From Macrostomum lignano (Eukaryota), in the NCBI GenBank assembly GCA_002269645.1, contig NIVC01001412.1:103398-167397 (forward strand): a DNA stretch of 64,000 nucleotides. The letters run 5' to 3'. A program made the position numbers and the translations under genes. Every line of letters starts with the position of its first letter. The stretch's first letter is position 1. This document shows positions 23,397-33,559 of this stretch, in pieces. Below the pieces are notes generated by a model, which did no database searches, was not told where the DNA came from, and worked only from the letters and a program-made list of their open reading frames with translations.

Positions 23397-23897
23397 ATGC
23401 AACGCTCTGGTGGTAAGTTAGATTCACATGGACTGATAGAAAAGCTTCCTCATCCAAACAAAGGCTGGACCATTCCCGGGTACAAATATTGTGGGCCTTT
23501 GAATCCACTTGAAATACAGTTAGATACAAACAATAATACAAATCCTGGGCATGAGCCTGTGAACGAGCTAGACTCTGTCTGCATGTGGCACAATGTTAAA
23601 TATAGAGATTTTCCTGAGGAGAAGAATCGCTGGGACAAAGAAATGCTTAAGAGACTAGACAATATAGGGGCTTCAAGCGGATTTCGTGAGTCGATCGCTC
23701 GGAAGCTAGTTAAAGCTGTTATTTTTGGTAAAACAAAGTTGGGGTTGGGGGTTGAAGGCGAGGGCGGGTGCACAGGGAGAGAGGGCTGGTGCACGAGGAG
23801 AGAGGGCGGAGGCTCAGGAGCGGGGTTTATTTTGTGCGCTCCTAACAATGAATTGGGAAGAGTTTTGAAAGATATGGGGGTAGAGAGAGACGCTTGA
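23397..23897 (+). CDS. Parvovirus VP1u-like phospholipase A2 (PLA2X)
   Basis: PGYKYCGPLN Ca-binding loop and PVNELDSVCMWHNVKY (HD replaced by HN). KLGLG motif downstream. Confidence 0.8.
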   Translation: MQRSGGKLDSHGLIEKLPHPNKGWTIPGYKYCGPLNPLEIQLDTNNNTNPGHEPVNELDSVCMWHNVKYRDFPEEKNRWDKEMLKRLDNIGASSGFRESIARKLVKAVIFGKTKLGLGVEGEGGCTGREGWCTRREGGGSGAGFILCAPNNELGRVLKDMGVERDA

Positions 23898-24077
23898 GTC
23901 GGGAAGGATTTAAAAAAAAGACTCATCGATATATTAAATTTTACAAAATAGCACTAATTTTACAAAAACAAAATAAAATGAAAGACAGTTGAAATTTATT
24001 AGTGTTTAAGAAAACTATTATTAGTTTAAATTCATTATATTTAATCATTAAAAGCAATACATTCCATTTAATACATG

Positions 24078-25468
24078 ACTACTAAGGACCCATTTATCCG
24101 CCCTTTTTGGAGGTGGGGTGGGTGTCAACCCTCCTCGCCTCTCATTGGCTAGCGCGCGCGCCGCAGGCGCGTGGCGCCAAGCGCCATCCAGGCGCCAATT
24201 AGGCGCCCATGCCGCAGGCGCACCCTCCCGATATGTACCCGATATGTATGCCCACCCTCCCGATATGTACCCCGATATGTATGCCCTCCCGAGCCGCAGG
24301 CGCACCCTCCCGAGCCGTAGGCGCCCATGCCGCAGACGCCCATGCCGCAGGCGCCCCGAGTGTACACTCTCCCATGCCGCAGACGCCCATGCCGCAGGCG
24401 CCCCGAGTGTACACTCTCCCATGCCGCTGGCGCCCCGAGTGTACACTCTCCCCAGTACGGGTGTACACTCTACCACTCCCCCGATATGTAGTCAACGATA
24501 TTAGGCTAGTGAAAACTACTTATAGTAGATGAAATTGCGTATATTTACATAAAAAGTAGATAAAACATATTGGTAGGTGTGAATAATGACGCATAATGTA
24601 TATTAAAATGTACATATTGGAGCATAATAGGAATATGAGCAGCAAAATACACACAATGTAGGCGCATGGGCAGAAATAGACAAAGCAGGTACTGTAGGCG
24701 CTACATAGGTGGAAATACACACAGTATATTGCACACACTCTAGATTCCAATTATGTAGGTGCATAGGCTAAAATACACACACTGTAGGTGCAAATTGAGT
24801 ATAATACACTAAAATTATAATACATAGCATATAATGTAGGCGCATTTTAAACAATACATTTTTGCATAATAACCCGCAGGTACAAATTTCAGTGCATAGG
24901 CTAAAATACACACTGCAAATTGAGTATAATGCAGGAAAATTGTGACATATACAACATATGTATGCAAATTAAGCATATAATGTAGGTGTAAAGTAAAATA
25001 CAAGCAACCGGCTCCCTAGTAAACAGACACGCCCCCAGAGCCAGGGCCGGGGGATCCCAAGTACAGTGCGGTCAGAGAGGAGTAACATAGAGAAATTCCT
25101 CCCCAAGCCCCAAATAAGGTTTTTTTCATGGGGATCCCAAGTACAGTTCAGGCAGAGAGCATTCCAATCCTCCCCAAATGGGGGTTATCAAGGACCCCTC
25201 ACATTGCACAGGGCGGGCAGAATAACAGACCGCATACAAATAGGGGTTTTAGCGGATCCCAAGTACAGTGCGCTCCCGGGTGTCAAATGATGCCCCAATG
25301 TACAGTGGAGGTAGAGTAACAGACCGCATACAAAGAGAATTCCAGTCAAACTTTACAGCACCTCCCACCCCAAATGAGGGTTTTAGTGGATCCCCAGAGG
25401 GTAGCTCTCCAAGTTGAGGGATCCCCCCGTGTGTTGCGAGGCCCAAGTACAGTGCAGGCAGAGAGTAA
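24078..25468 (+). repeat. Left TIR (1,391 bp) of the nested element
   Basis: Reverse complement of 31799-33189. The mirrored ORF translations are identical and homopolymer lengths checked by eye match. Confidence 0.93.
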
Positions 25469-25708
25469 CAGAGTACAAAGAGAAATTCCCTTATCAGTCA
25501 AACTCGAGCTCGATCTTCAGCCAGGGCAGTCTCCTCCTCATCAGCGCTCTCGAAACATCTGTCAAAGTAAACAATATTTTAGTGTTCAATATAGACAGAT
25601 TATATCTAATTTATATACAATTTATATGAAATTAAGCTTACCAAAATCGGGTTCGCGCTGTACGGATGCGGCACGACTCAATTAGCAACCCTCGTCAAAC
25701 AGATTTCC

Positions 25709-26167
25709 CTAAGGGTAGGGTTTGATGCTGTCAAGGCAGTCCTGCAGATTTTCCTCTGTCTTGGCTCTCTTGGCCTCGGGCTCCAGCTTGAAGAGCTTGT
25801 CCAAACGGGAGGCAAACATCCGGCGCCACAGTTCAGGCGTGAATTCGATCGTGTAGCGCCAATTAAACTTTGGGTCCACGTTGAGCCAATTGCGCCGCAA
25901 ACGGATCCTCCCTCGCGAAGCTTCAACTGCCTTGAAATTGCCCAACAGGACCCGCTTGTTCACGTGAAGGCGGGCAGCGGCCTCCAGGTCAGCCCGCGCA
26001 GCTTCGAGCTTCTTCCACTCTGGCTCGGCCAAGTAGATTGCAGGGAAGCCGTCCTTCCACACTCCAGCCTCGTTGGTGTAGAGACGCCGAATTTCAATCA
26101 AGTTGTGTTCAGTTTCAAATGTGGGCTTCCGCGCCACAAAGTTATCGTATAGAGAGATAGAAGACAT
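25709..26167 (-). CDS. PC4-like ssDNA-binding protein (putative)
   Basis: LIEIRRLYTNEAGVWKDGFPAIYLAEPEWKKL matches the PC4 pattern (VDIRxxYxxxxGxxKPGxKGIxLxxxQWxxL). There is a possible degenerate second repeat. TATA box upstream. Confidence 0.65.
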   Translation of the reverse strand: MSSISLYDNFVARKPTFETEHNLIEIRRLYTNEAGVWKDGFPAIYLAEPEWKKLEAARADLEAAARLHVNKRVLLGNFKAVEASRGRIRLRRNWLNVDPKFNWRYTIEFTPELWRRMFASRLDKLFKLEPEAKRAKTEENLQDCLDSIKPYP

Positions 26168-26411
26168 GATTTAGCAGCAGCAGCAGCAGAGAGCTCTCTG
26201 ACAGCCGTGCAGCGCCTTATATACCCCCGGATGGAGGGTGGGGTGGGTGGTGATTTTGAGGGTGATTTTTGATGATTTTGGTTGGTTTTTGGCGATTTGA
26301 CCAATAGCAGGCAAGCTGAGCAGATTTTTTAGTATATATACAGACCCCCAGAGCCAGGGTAGAGAGATAATGCTTCTCTCCGCTCGCTCTCTCACACTCT
26401 CTGTTTGCAAA
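26168..26411. promoter_or_regulatory. Bidirectional Pol II-type promoter of the nested element
   Basis: Minus-strand TATATAAG at 26216-26223, CCAAT at 26301-26305 and plus-strand TATATATA at 26333-26340, between divergent ATGs at 26167 and 26412. Confidence 0.55.
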
Positions 26412-29400
26412 ATGGCTAAACGCAGCGCCACCGCAACTGCTTTCCTGGCTGACAAGAGGCAACGTCTTTATGGTAAGTTTTAATTAATTTCTGTCTAGAC
26501 TGTAGTTGCTAGGGTGGGGGTAGGGGCTGAGCAGCAGCAGCAGCTGCAGGGTCTGTGGGACCGCAGAGTAAACAACAAAGACTGGGACTGCTGCGACAGC
26601 TGCAGGGGTCTAGACTGGAGTTGCTAGGGTGGGGTGCTGCGGCAGGGTCTGTAACAGATAATCGTTGGGGCGGGCTAGACAAGTTACAGCCGGTTTAGCA
26701 GCAGCAGCAGCTGCAGGGTCTGTGGGACAGCAGTCTAGACTGGAGCCTCGGGTGGGGTGTTGTCTAGACAGGGAGGGGTGTGCTGATAAGAAATTGCTGC
26801 AAAAACAGACAGTTGCTAGGGTGCTGCGGCAGATAAGAAATTGCTGCAAAAACAGATAATCGTTGGGGCGGGCTAGACAAGTTACAGCCGGGTGGGGGCA
26901 GAGAGTTGCTGGGACTGTGTAGCACGGGGGCAGACTGATAGGGGGCTGGCTAGACAGGCTGCAGCTAGGTGCAAATTGCTGCGACAGAGAGTTGCTGTGG
27001 GAGGGGTGAGTAAACAAAGACTGGGACTGCTGCGACAGGCTGCAGCGGGGGTGCAGATAAGAAATTGCAGAGAGTTGCTGCGGGGACAGCAGAGTAAACT
27101 CTGTTAAGAAATTGCTGGGGCTAGGGCGGGGAAACACGCTGGGGCCAGGAAAATGACAGATTCTTCTGGTTTTTTATCTCCTTGTGTTTTTTCAGACGCG
27201 TTTGTCCCGCCAACACAGCCGGAATCTGTTACCGGACCGGGTGAGTTATCCTGCCCCATTTCCCACACAGAACCGGGCTGACTCACACTCCCCCATTCCC
27301 CCCATGCAGGTTTTACGGCCCGGCTGGATAATCAGCGTGACCTGCCCAAGTTTAGGGCAAAGGGTGTCGAGTATGTGGTGCGTATTACCAACACCGAAGA
27401 TTTGCGGGAGGTGTTTGCCGACATGCTCGAAGTTTTCAAGCAAGATTTGGCTGGTGATGACTTTATGGCCGCGAAATTCGAGAGCGACAATATGCTCAAA
27501 GCAGCCCATACTCCCCCGGTGCGTGCAGCCCGCATGACGGCTGAATTGTTGTTTAAGCACATCAACAAGATTGTGCAGCCGGATGCCACTGTCCTGACGG
27601 GCAACTTTTCTATCCGTCTGCTAAAAGCCTGGGTGCCCCGAGGTGGCTGTGCCCTCGAGAACAAGCATCTAGAGGAGCGGCACGCCTTCTCCAAGCACTA
27701 TGTCCGCATCACCAACTCGGACAAGAGGTGTCTGCTGCGCGCTCTGGTCGTGGCCTGCGCCTACCTGCAATTCGTGGCCAAGTCCATCACCGAGAAGGTG
27801 TGGCGCACGATCAAGGCCAATTCGTCCAAGCAGACTAAGCTTGCGACTGAGCTACAAATCGAAGCTGGCCTCTACACGGTAAGTTTCTAGTATTTTTCTG
27901 ATAAGAATTTTTACACAGTATCGTGGAATACTAAAAGATATATTTTCTGATAAGATTTTTTACACAGTATCGTGGAATACTAAAAGATATATTTTCTGAT
28001 AAGAATTTTTACACAGTATCATGGAATACTAAAAGATATATTTTCTGATAAGATTTTTACACAGTATCATGGAATACTAAAAGATATATTTTCTGATAAG
28101 ATTTTTTACACAGTATCAGGGGATACTAAAAGAACCATACTCTGATAAGAAATTTTACGATAAGGAACACTAAAAGAAATATTTTACCCTCCACACAGAC
28201 TCTTCAAACCGTCTCGCAGGCTGGTCCTTTCGGGGTGGATGCACTGCCCGAAGCGATCCGTGCCCTGAACCGGCTGCATCCGGGGCACGATTTTGGTGTA
28301 CGCGTGTACCGCGCAGAGGAGGCCAACAGGTGCATCTTCAACCTGCCTGGCACCGAGATTCTGCACCTGCACCTGGTCGAGCAGCACTTTAATGTGGTTA
28401 CCAAGCTGCCTGCGTTTTTCGGCTCCGTGCGCTACTGCCCCAAGTGCGAGATGGCCTACGACTGCGCCAACGCCAAGCACAAGTGTGCGGATGCCTGCAG
28501 TACATGCAAGACTCCGGGCTCCAACTGTAAGGCAAACCGCGCATATGTAAGATGCCATGATTGCGGGCTAAATTGCTATAATGCTCAGTGCCTAGAAAAT
28601 CACAAACGCAAGAATAAGGCCGGCAGATCGCGCTGTGATTCGGTCCACGTTTGCGGCACGTGTGGCTATCTAGAAGAACTAAAAGTAGGCCAGCCCCCTG
28701 AGCATCAGTGTGGTTATGCCAAGTGCCCAGTCTGCAAGCAGTACGACGAAACTGCCACCCACGAGTGCTTTGTCACCCCGCCCAAAGCCAAAGAGTCTAG
28801 CGCCCCGTATGTTTACTATGATTTCGAGACGTACGTGGACTCTGGCAAGCAGCATCGGGTACACTTGGTTACGGCTGCCACCTCCTGCGAGGCGTGTCCC
28901 AAACTCTTCCCCAGGCCCCGCTGCAGCGTGTGCGGGGGACTACACAGCTCAGCCAATTGCATTGCGGGACGCAATCTGGCACTCGATTTCACGAGCTGTG
29001 TCTCGCACAATGACTGTGCCTGTGGGATGCGAGAGTTTGTATCTGTCGGGCCGCACTCTATCGATGCCTTTTACTGCTGGCTGACTAGTGTGTTCAAGCA
29101 GGGGGCAATTGCTATTGCGCACAATGGCTCTGCGTATGACGCATTCCTCCTGCTCGGCGCCCTACTCAACGGACTGGCCAAGAAGAAGCCGCAAGTGATC
29201 TTCCAGAACAGCCGCCTAATGTACATGAAGTGCGACAAGATCACCTTCAAGGACAGCCTCAATTTCATCCCTATTGGTCTGGCGCAATTCCCAAAGGCGC
29301 TTGGTTTGGGCACCCAACTGACCAAAGGAGATTTCCCGCACGTGTTTAACCAGCCGGAAAACTGGGGGTACGTGGGACCCTACTGCTCAATTGATATGTA

Positions 29401-31573
29401 TGGAGGAAAGAAAAACAAGCAGCATGACTCCATCGCCGACTGGCTGGCCAAGCAGGAGGGACAGGTGTTTAATTTCAATAAGGAGTACCTGGACTACTGC
29501 CTGCAGGACACGTTAATTTTGCGGGAAGGCTGTCTAAAGTATGCCCGCCTGATTAAGGACATTTGCGGACTGGACGCATTTGTTCAATCCAACACCATTG
29601 CGGGCTTGGCCATGGCAGTATTCACCACCAAGTTTATGGAGCCCAACACTCTTGGGGTGATTTCCCGCCGGTCCGATGTACAGTCGCACAAGGCGCGGTG
29701 CTGGCTTGCGCATTTGAATGCAACCGAGTTTGGCGGCCGGTTGAGGACAGCCGATTCTGGCGGCGAGGCTTTCGCCATGGGCCGTAAGGTCGACGGCTTC
29801 GACCCAGAGACCAGGACAGTGCTGCAGTTTCATGGCTGCTTCTACCATGGCTGTCCCAAGTGCTTCCCCAACGGCGACGTGCTGCACCCGCTCAAGAACC
29901 AGCCAATGCGGGCGATTTATGAGGAGACTGAGCGCTTCACCCGGCTGCTCTCCACTGCCTACAATGTACGTGTCATGTGGGAGCACGACTATCAGGACGA
30001 GGGAGCGCCAGTCCAGCAGCCTATTCGCCTGGAGGATGCCCTGTTTGGCGGCCGTACCGAGGCTTTTGTCCCGCACGCCGAGGCCACCGAGACTGTAGAG
30101 CTGCGCTATCGGGATGTGGTAAGTTTGTACACTTGTACACACAGTTGACATGCGTTTGAGTTTATCTTATCCTTATCCCCTAGGTGTCGCTCTACCCGAC
30201 TGTCAACAAGTTTGACAAGTACCCGGTCGGGCACCCGGTACACCACCCCGAGCCTCATCTACTGGATGAGCTGCAGCTGGCCCGGTATTTTGGCATCGCC
30301 GAGGTGTCGATTCTGCCGCCAACCAATCTCCACATCCCGCTACTGCCCGCCAAGATTAACAAGAAGCTGGTTTTCGGCCTCTGCCGCGTCTGCATGGAGA
30401 CCCAGTGCAGCAGCGAGTGTACACACACTGACGCTGAGAGAATGCTCCGCGGCACGTGGTCGACCCCAGAGCTCCACAAGGCCCTGCAGTTGGGTTACAA
30501 GCTGCAGTCAGTTCATGCCCTGGCCTATTGGACCGAGACTCGCACGGGTCTGTTTGCAGATTATGTAAACACTTTTTTGAAGCTCAAAGCCGAGTCTAGC
30601 GGTTCGCCGGGGATGGCTGAGGACGCCAAGGCTGCCTACATGGCCAGCTTTTTCGAGCGCGAAGGCGTCCGGCTGGAAAAGGTGGAAGAAAATCCTGGCC
30701 TGCGCTTTGTTGCCAAGATTTTTCTAAACTCGTAAGTTTTTCTACTTGCAGTGGGGACCATGTTTTTCTACTTACAGTAGCCAGATATACAAAAATTTAT
30801 TTTTCCCCTGCAGGCTCTGGGGCAAGTTCTGCCAGCGCGACGACCTGACCTCCACAGAGATTGTGGACAGCTACGAGGCGTGGCTGCAGCGCCTGACCGA
30901 CCCCTCGATCAAGGTCAAGTCGTGCGAGCCAATTGGGGAGAGCTTCATGATGCTCGAGTACAAGCCCCGATTTGGCGGTGCTGGCGAGCGGGCGTTCAAG
31001 TACGCTAATGTACCTATTGGCGTTTTCACCACCTCCCACGCCCGGCTGCGACTCTACGAGGCTCTGGAGGGTCTAAGAACCCGCGTCATTTACGCCGATA
31101 CCGATTCGTAAGTAATTTTTTCACTGTCTCTGTCTCTCTTTCTCCCCTTAACACTTTTTTATCCTTCTCCTCCTCCCAGGGTCGTATACCGCTGCTCCCC
31201 GGGCGAGTACGAGCCTCCGGGCGGTTCGAGTTTGGGGCAGTGGACTTACGAGGTACCTGCTGGCTGCCGCATGGTACAGTTCACCACGGGAGGCCCCAAG
31301 CTCTACCGGTACGTGGTGGAGAAGCCCGACAGGTCACTGTACTCGGTGCTCAAGTGTAAGGGCATCAGAGTCACCCCCGAGATTTCCGAGCGCGAGGACG
31401 AGCTGCAGGAAATTCTACGCCACGGCGGGACTGTACGGCTGCCCCAGGCCAAGTTCAGGCGCGATAAGGCCAGCTGCACAATAAGGACCCTCGAGATGGA
31501 CAAGACTTTCCAGCGCGTGATGACTAAGAGGGTGTATGGGGCCGCTAGCCGCCCGTATGGCTTTCGTGAGTGA
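26412..31573 (+). CDS. polB: Seven-exon protein-primed DNA polymerase B (1,276 aa after splicing)
   Basis: Exons 26412-26472, 27196-27240, 27310-27878, 28199-30118, 30184-30731, 30814-31107 and 31180-31573. All introns are GT-AG with matching phases; total 3,831 nt. Motifs: YDFET, AHNGSAYD, FKDS, KGDFPH, VDG...QFHGCFYHGC, FGGRTE, DV|VSLYP, NS|LWGKF, YADTDS|, GPKLY, KCKG. Confidence 0.93.
27895..28175. repeat. 49-bp tandem repeat inside pPolB intron 3
   Basis: TTTTCTGATAAGAATTTTTACACAGTATCGTGGAATACTAAAAGATATA, about 5.5 copies. Confidence 0.9.
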
Positions 31574-31798
31574 GTGAAAGATAAGGATCTGTCTTTGCAC
31601 GCCTCCCTGCCCGGGATTCCCCTATGCTCTAAACTCACCCCAACTGTGCATTCTGGCGGGGATCATTTGACACCTCCCCGTACATTGGACGGGATCCCTT
31701 CAAGTGTTAAAACTCCCATTTGACACCTCCTGAACATTGAGGCTGGGTCCTTCATCATTTGACACCCGGGAGCGCACAGTACATGGGGGCGGTCTCTA

Positions 31799-33189
31799 TT
31801 ACTCTCTGCCTGCACTGTACTTGGGCCTCGCAACACACGGGGGGATCCCTCAACTTGGAGAGCTACCCTCTGGGGATCCACTAAAACCCTCATTTGGGGT
31901 GGGAGGTGCTGTAAAGTTTGACTGGAATTCTCTTTGTATGCGGTCTGTTACTCTACCTCCACTGTACATTGGGGCATCATTTGACACCCGGGAGCGCACT
32001 GTACTTGGGATCCGCTAAAACCCCTATTTGTATGCGGTCTGTTATTCTGCCCGCCCTGTGCAATGTGAGGGGTCCTTGATAACCCCCATTTGGGGAGGAT
32101 TGGAATGCTCTCTGCCTGAACTGTACTTGGGATCCCCATGAAAAAAACCTTATTTGGGGCTTGGGGAGGAATTTCTCTATGTTACTCCTCTCTGACCGCA
32201 CTGTACTTGGGATCCCCCGGCCCTGGCTCTGGGGGCGTGTCTGTTTACTAGGGAGCCGGTTGCTTGTATTTTACTTTACACCTACATTATATGCTTAATT
32301 TGCATACATATGTTGTATATGTCACAATTTTCCTGCATTATACTCAATTTGCAGTGTGTATTTTAGCCTATGCACTGAAATTTGTACCTGCGGGTTATTA
32401 TGCAAAAATGTATTGTTTAAAATGCGCCTACATTATATGCTATGTATTATAATTTTAGTGTATTATACTCAATTTGCACCTACAGTGTGTGTATTTTAGC
32501 CTATGCACCTACATAATTGGAATCTAGAGTGTGTGCAATATACTGTGTGTATTTCCACCTATGTAGCGCCTACAGTACCTGCTTTGTCTATTTCTGCCCA
32601 TGCGCCTACATTGTGTGTATTTTGCTGCTCATATTCCTATTATGCTCCAATATGTACATTTTAATATACATTATGCGTCATTATTCACACCTACCAATAT
32701 GTTTTATCTACTTTTTATGTAAATATACGCAATTTCATCTACTATAAGTAGTTTTCACTAGCCTAATATCGTTGACTACATATCGGGGGAGTGGTAGAGT
32801 GTACACCCGTACTGGGGAGAGTGTACACTCGGGGCGCCAGCGGCATGGGAGAGTGTACACTCGGGGCGCCTGCGGCATGGGCGTCTGCGGCATGGGAGAG
32901 TGTACACTCGGGGCGCCTGCGGCATGGGCGTCTGCGGCATGGGCGCCTACGGCTCGGGAGGGTGCGCCTGCGGCTCGGGAGGGCATACATATCGGGGTAC
33001 ATATCGGGAGGGTGGGCATACATATCGGGTACATATCGGGAGGGTGCGCCTGCGGCATGGGCGCCTAATTGGCGCCTGGATGGCGCTTGGCGCCACGCGC
33101 CTGCGGCGCGCGCGCTAGCCAATGAGAGGCGAGGAGGGTTGACACCCACCCCACCTCCAAAAAGGGCGGATAAATGGGTCCTTAGTAGT
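31799..33189 (-). repeat. Right TIR (1,391 bp) of the nested element
   Basis: Reverse complement of 24078-25468. Confidence 0.93.
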
Positions 33190-33316
33190 TACATGAAGTT
33201 GAATTTTTAATTATTGAAATATTAAATTAATATTACTATTTATTAACAATGCATTTTAAAGTTATAAAATGGATAAGTTAATAACTATAGCTACTAAGGT
33301 GTATGATTACCTATGT

Positions 33317-33502
33317 AATTCTGGACCGTCCAGAATTTTCTGGAAATATTTGTTACTTATAGTAGGCTTGAATCTAAACTACATTCAATTCTGGACCGTC
33401 CAGAATTTTCTGGAAATATTTGTTACTTATAGTAGGCTTGAATCTAAACTACATTCAATTCTGGACCGTCCAGAATTTTCTGGAAATATTTGTTACTTAT
33501 AG
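33317..33502. repeat. 70-bp direct repeat (about 2.7 copies), each starting with a 21-bp palindrome
   Basis: AATTCTGGACCGTCCAGAATT at 33317, 33387 and 33457. Confidence 0.9.
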
Positions 33503-33559
33503 TATTTTTTCAGAGTCACCTTCATATTGTCCATCGTCTTCCTTCTTCCTCTTCACTGC

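Larger units (their letters stand above)
24078..33189. mobile_element. Nested 9,112-bp TIR element encoding only pPolB and a PC4-like protein (no integrase, no capsid)
   Basis: Termini ACTACTAAGGACCC / GGGTCCTTAGTAGT. 6-bp TSD TACATG at 24072-24077 and 33190-33195. Two divergent genes inside. Confidence 0.93.

Noticed and set aside
24140-24200. Possible adenovirus-like NFI origin site in the TIR
   Set aside because: TTGGC and GCCAA half-sites occur but not at TTGGC-N5-GCCAA spacing.
24048-25685. Many short ORFs in the nested TIR (mirrored at 31663-33210)
   Set aside because: Low-complexity products of repeat arrays, present on all frames, with no motifs.
26610-27137. 175-aa minus-strand ORF and overlapping plus-strand ORFs
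   Set aside because: They lie in pPolB intron 1, which consists of degenerate repeats.
24078-33189. Nested element as an inverted duplication or rearrangement of the host Polinton
   Set aside because: No visible similarity to the host TIRs or pPolB, different polymerase lineage motifs, and its own TSD.
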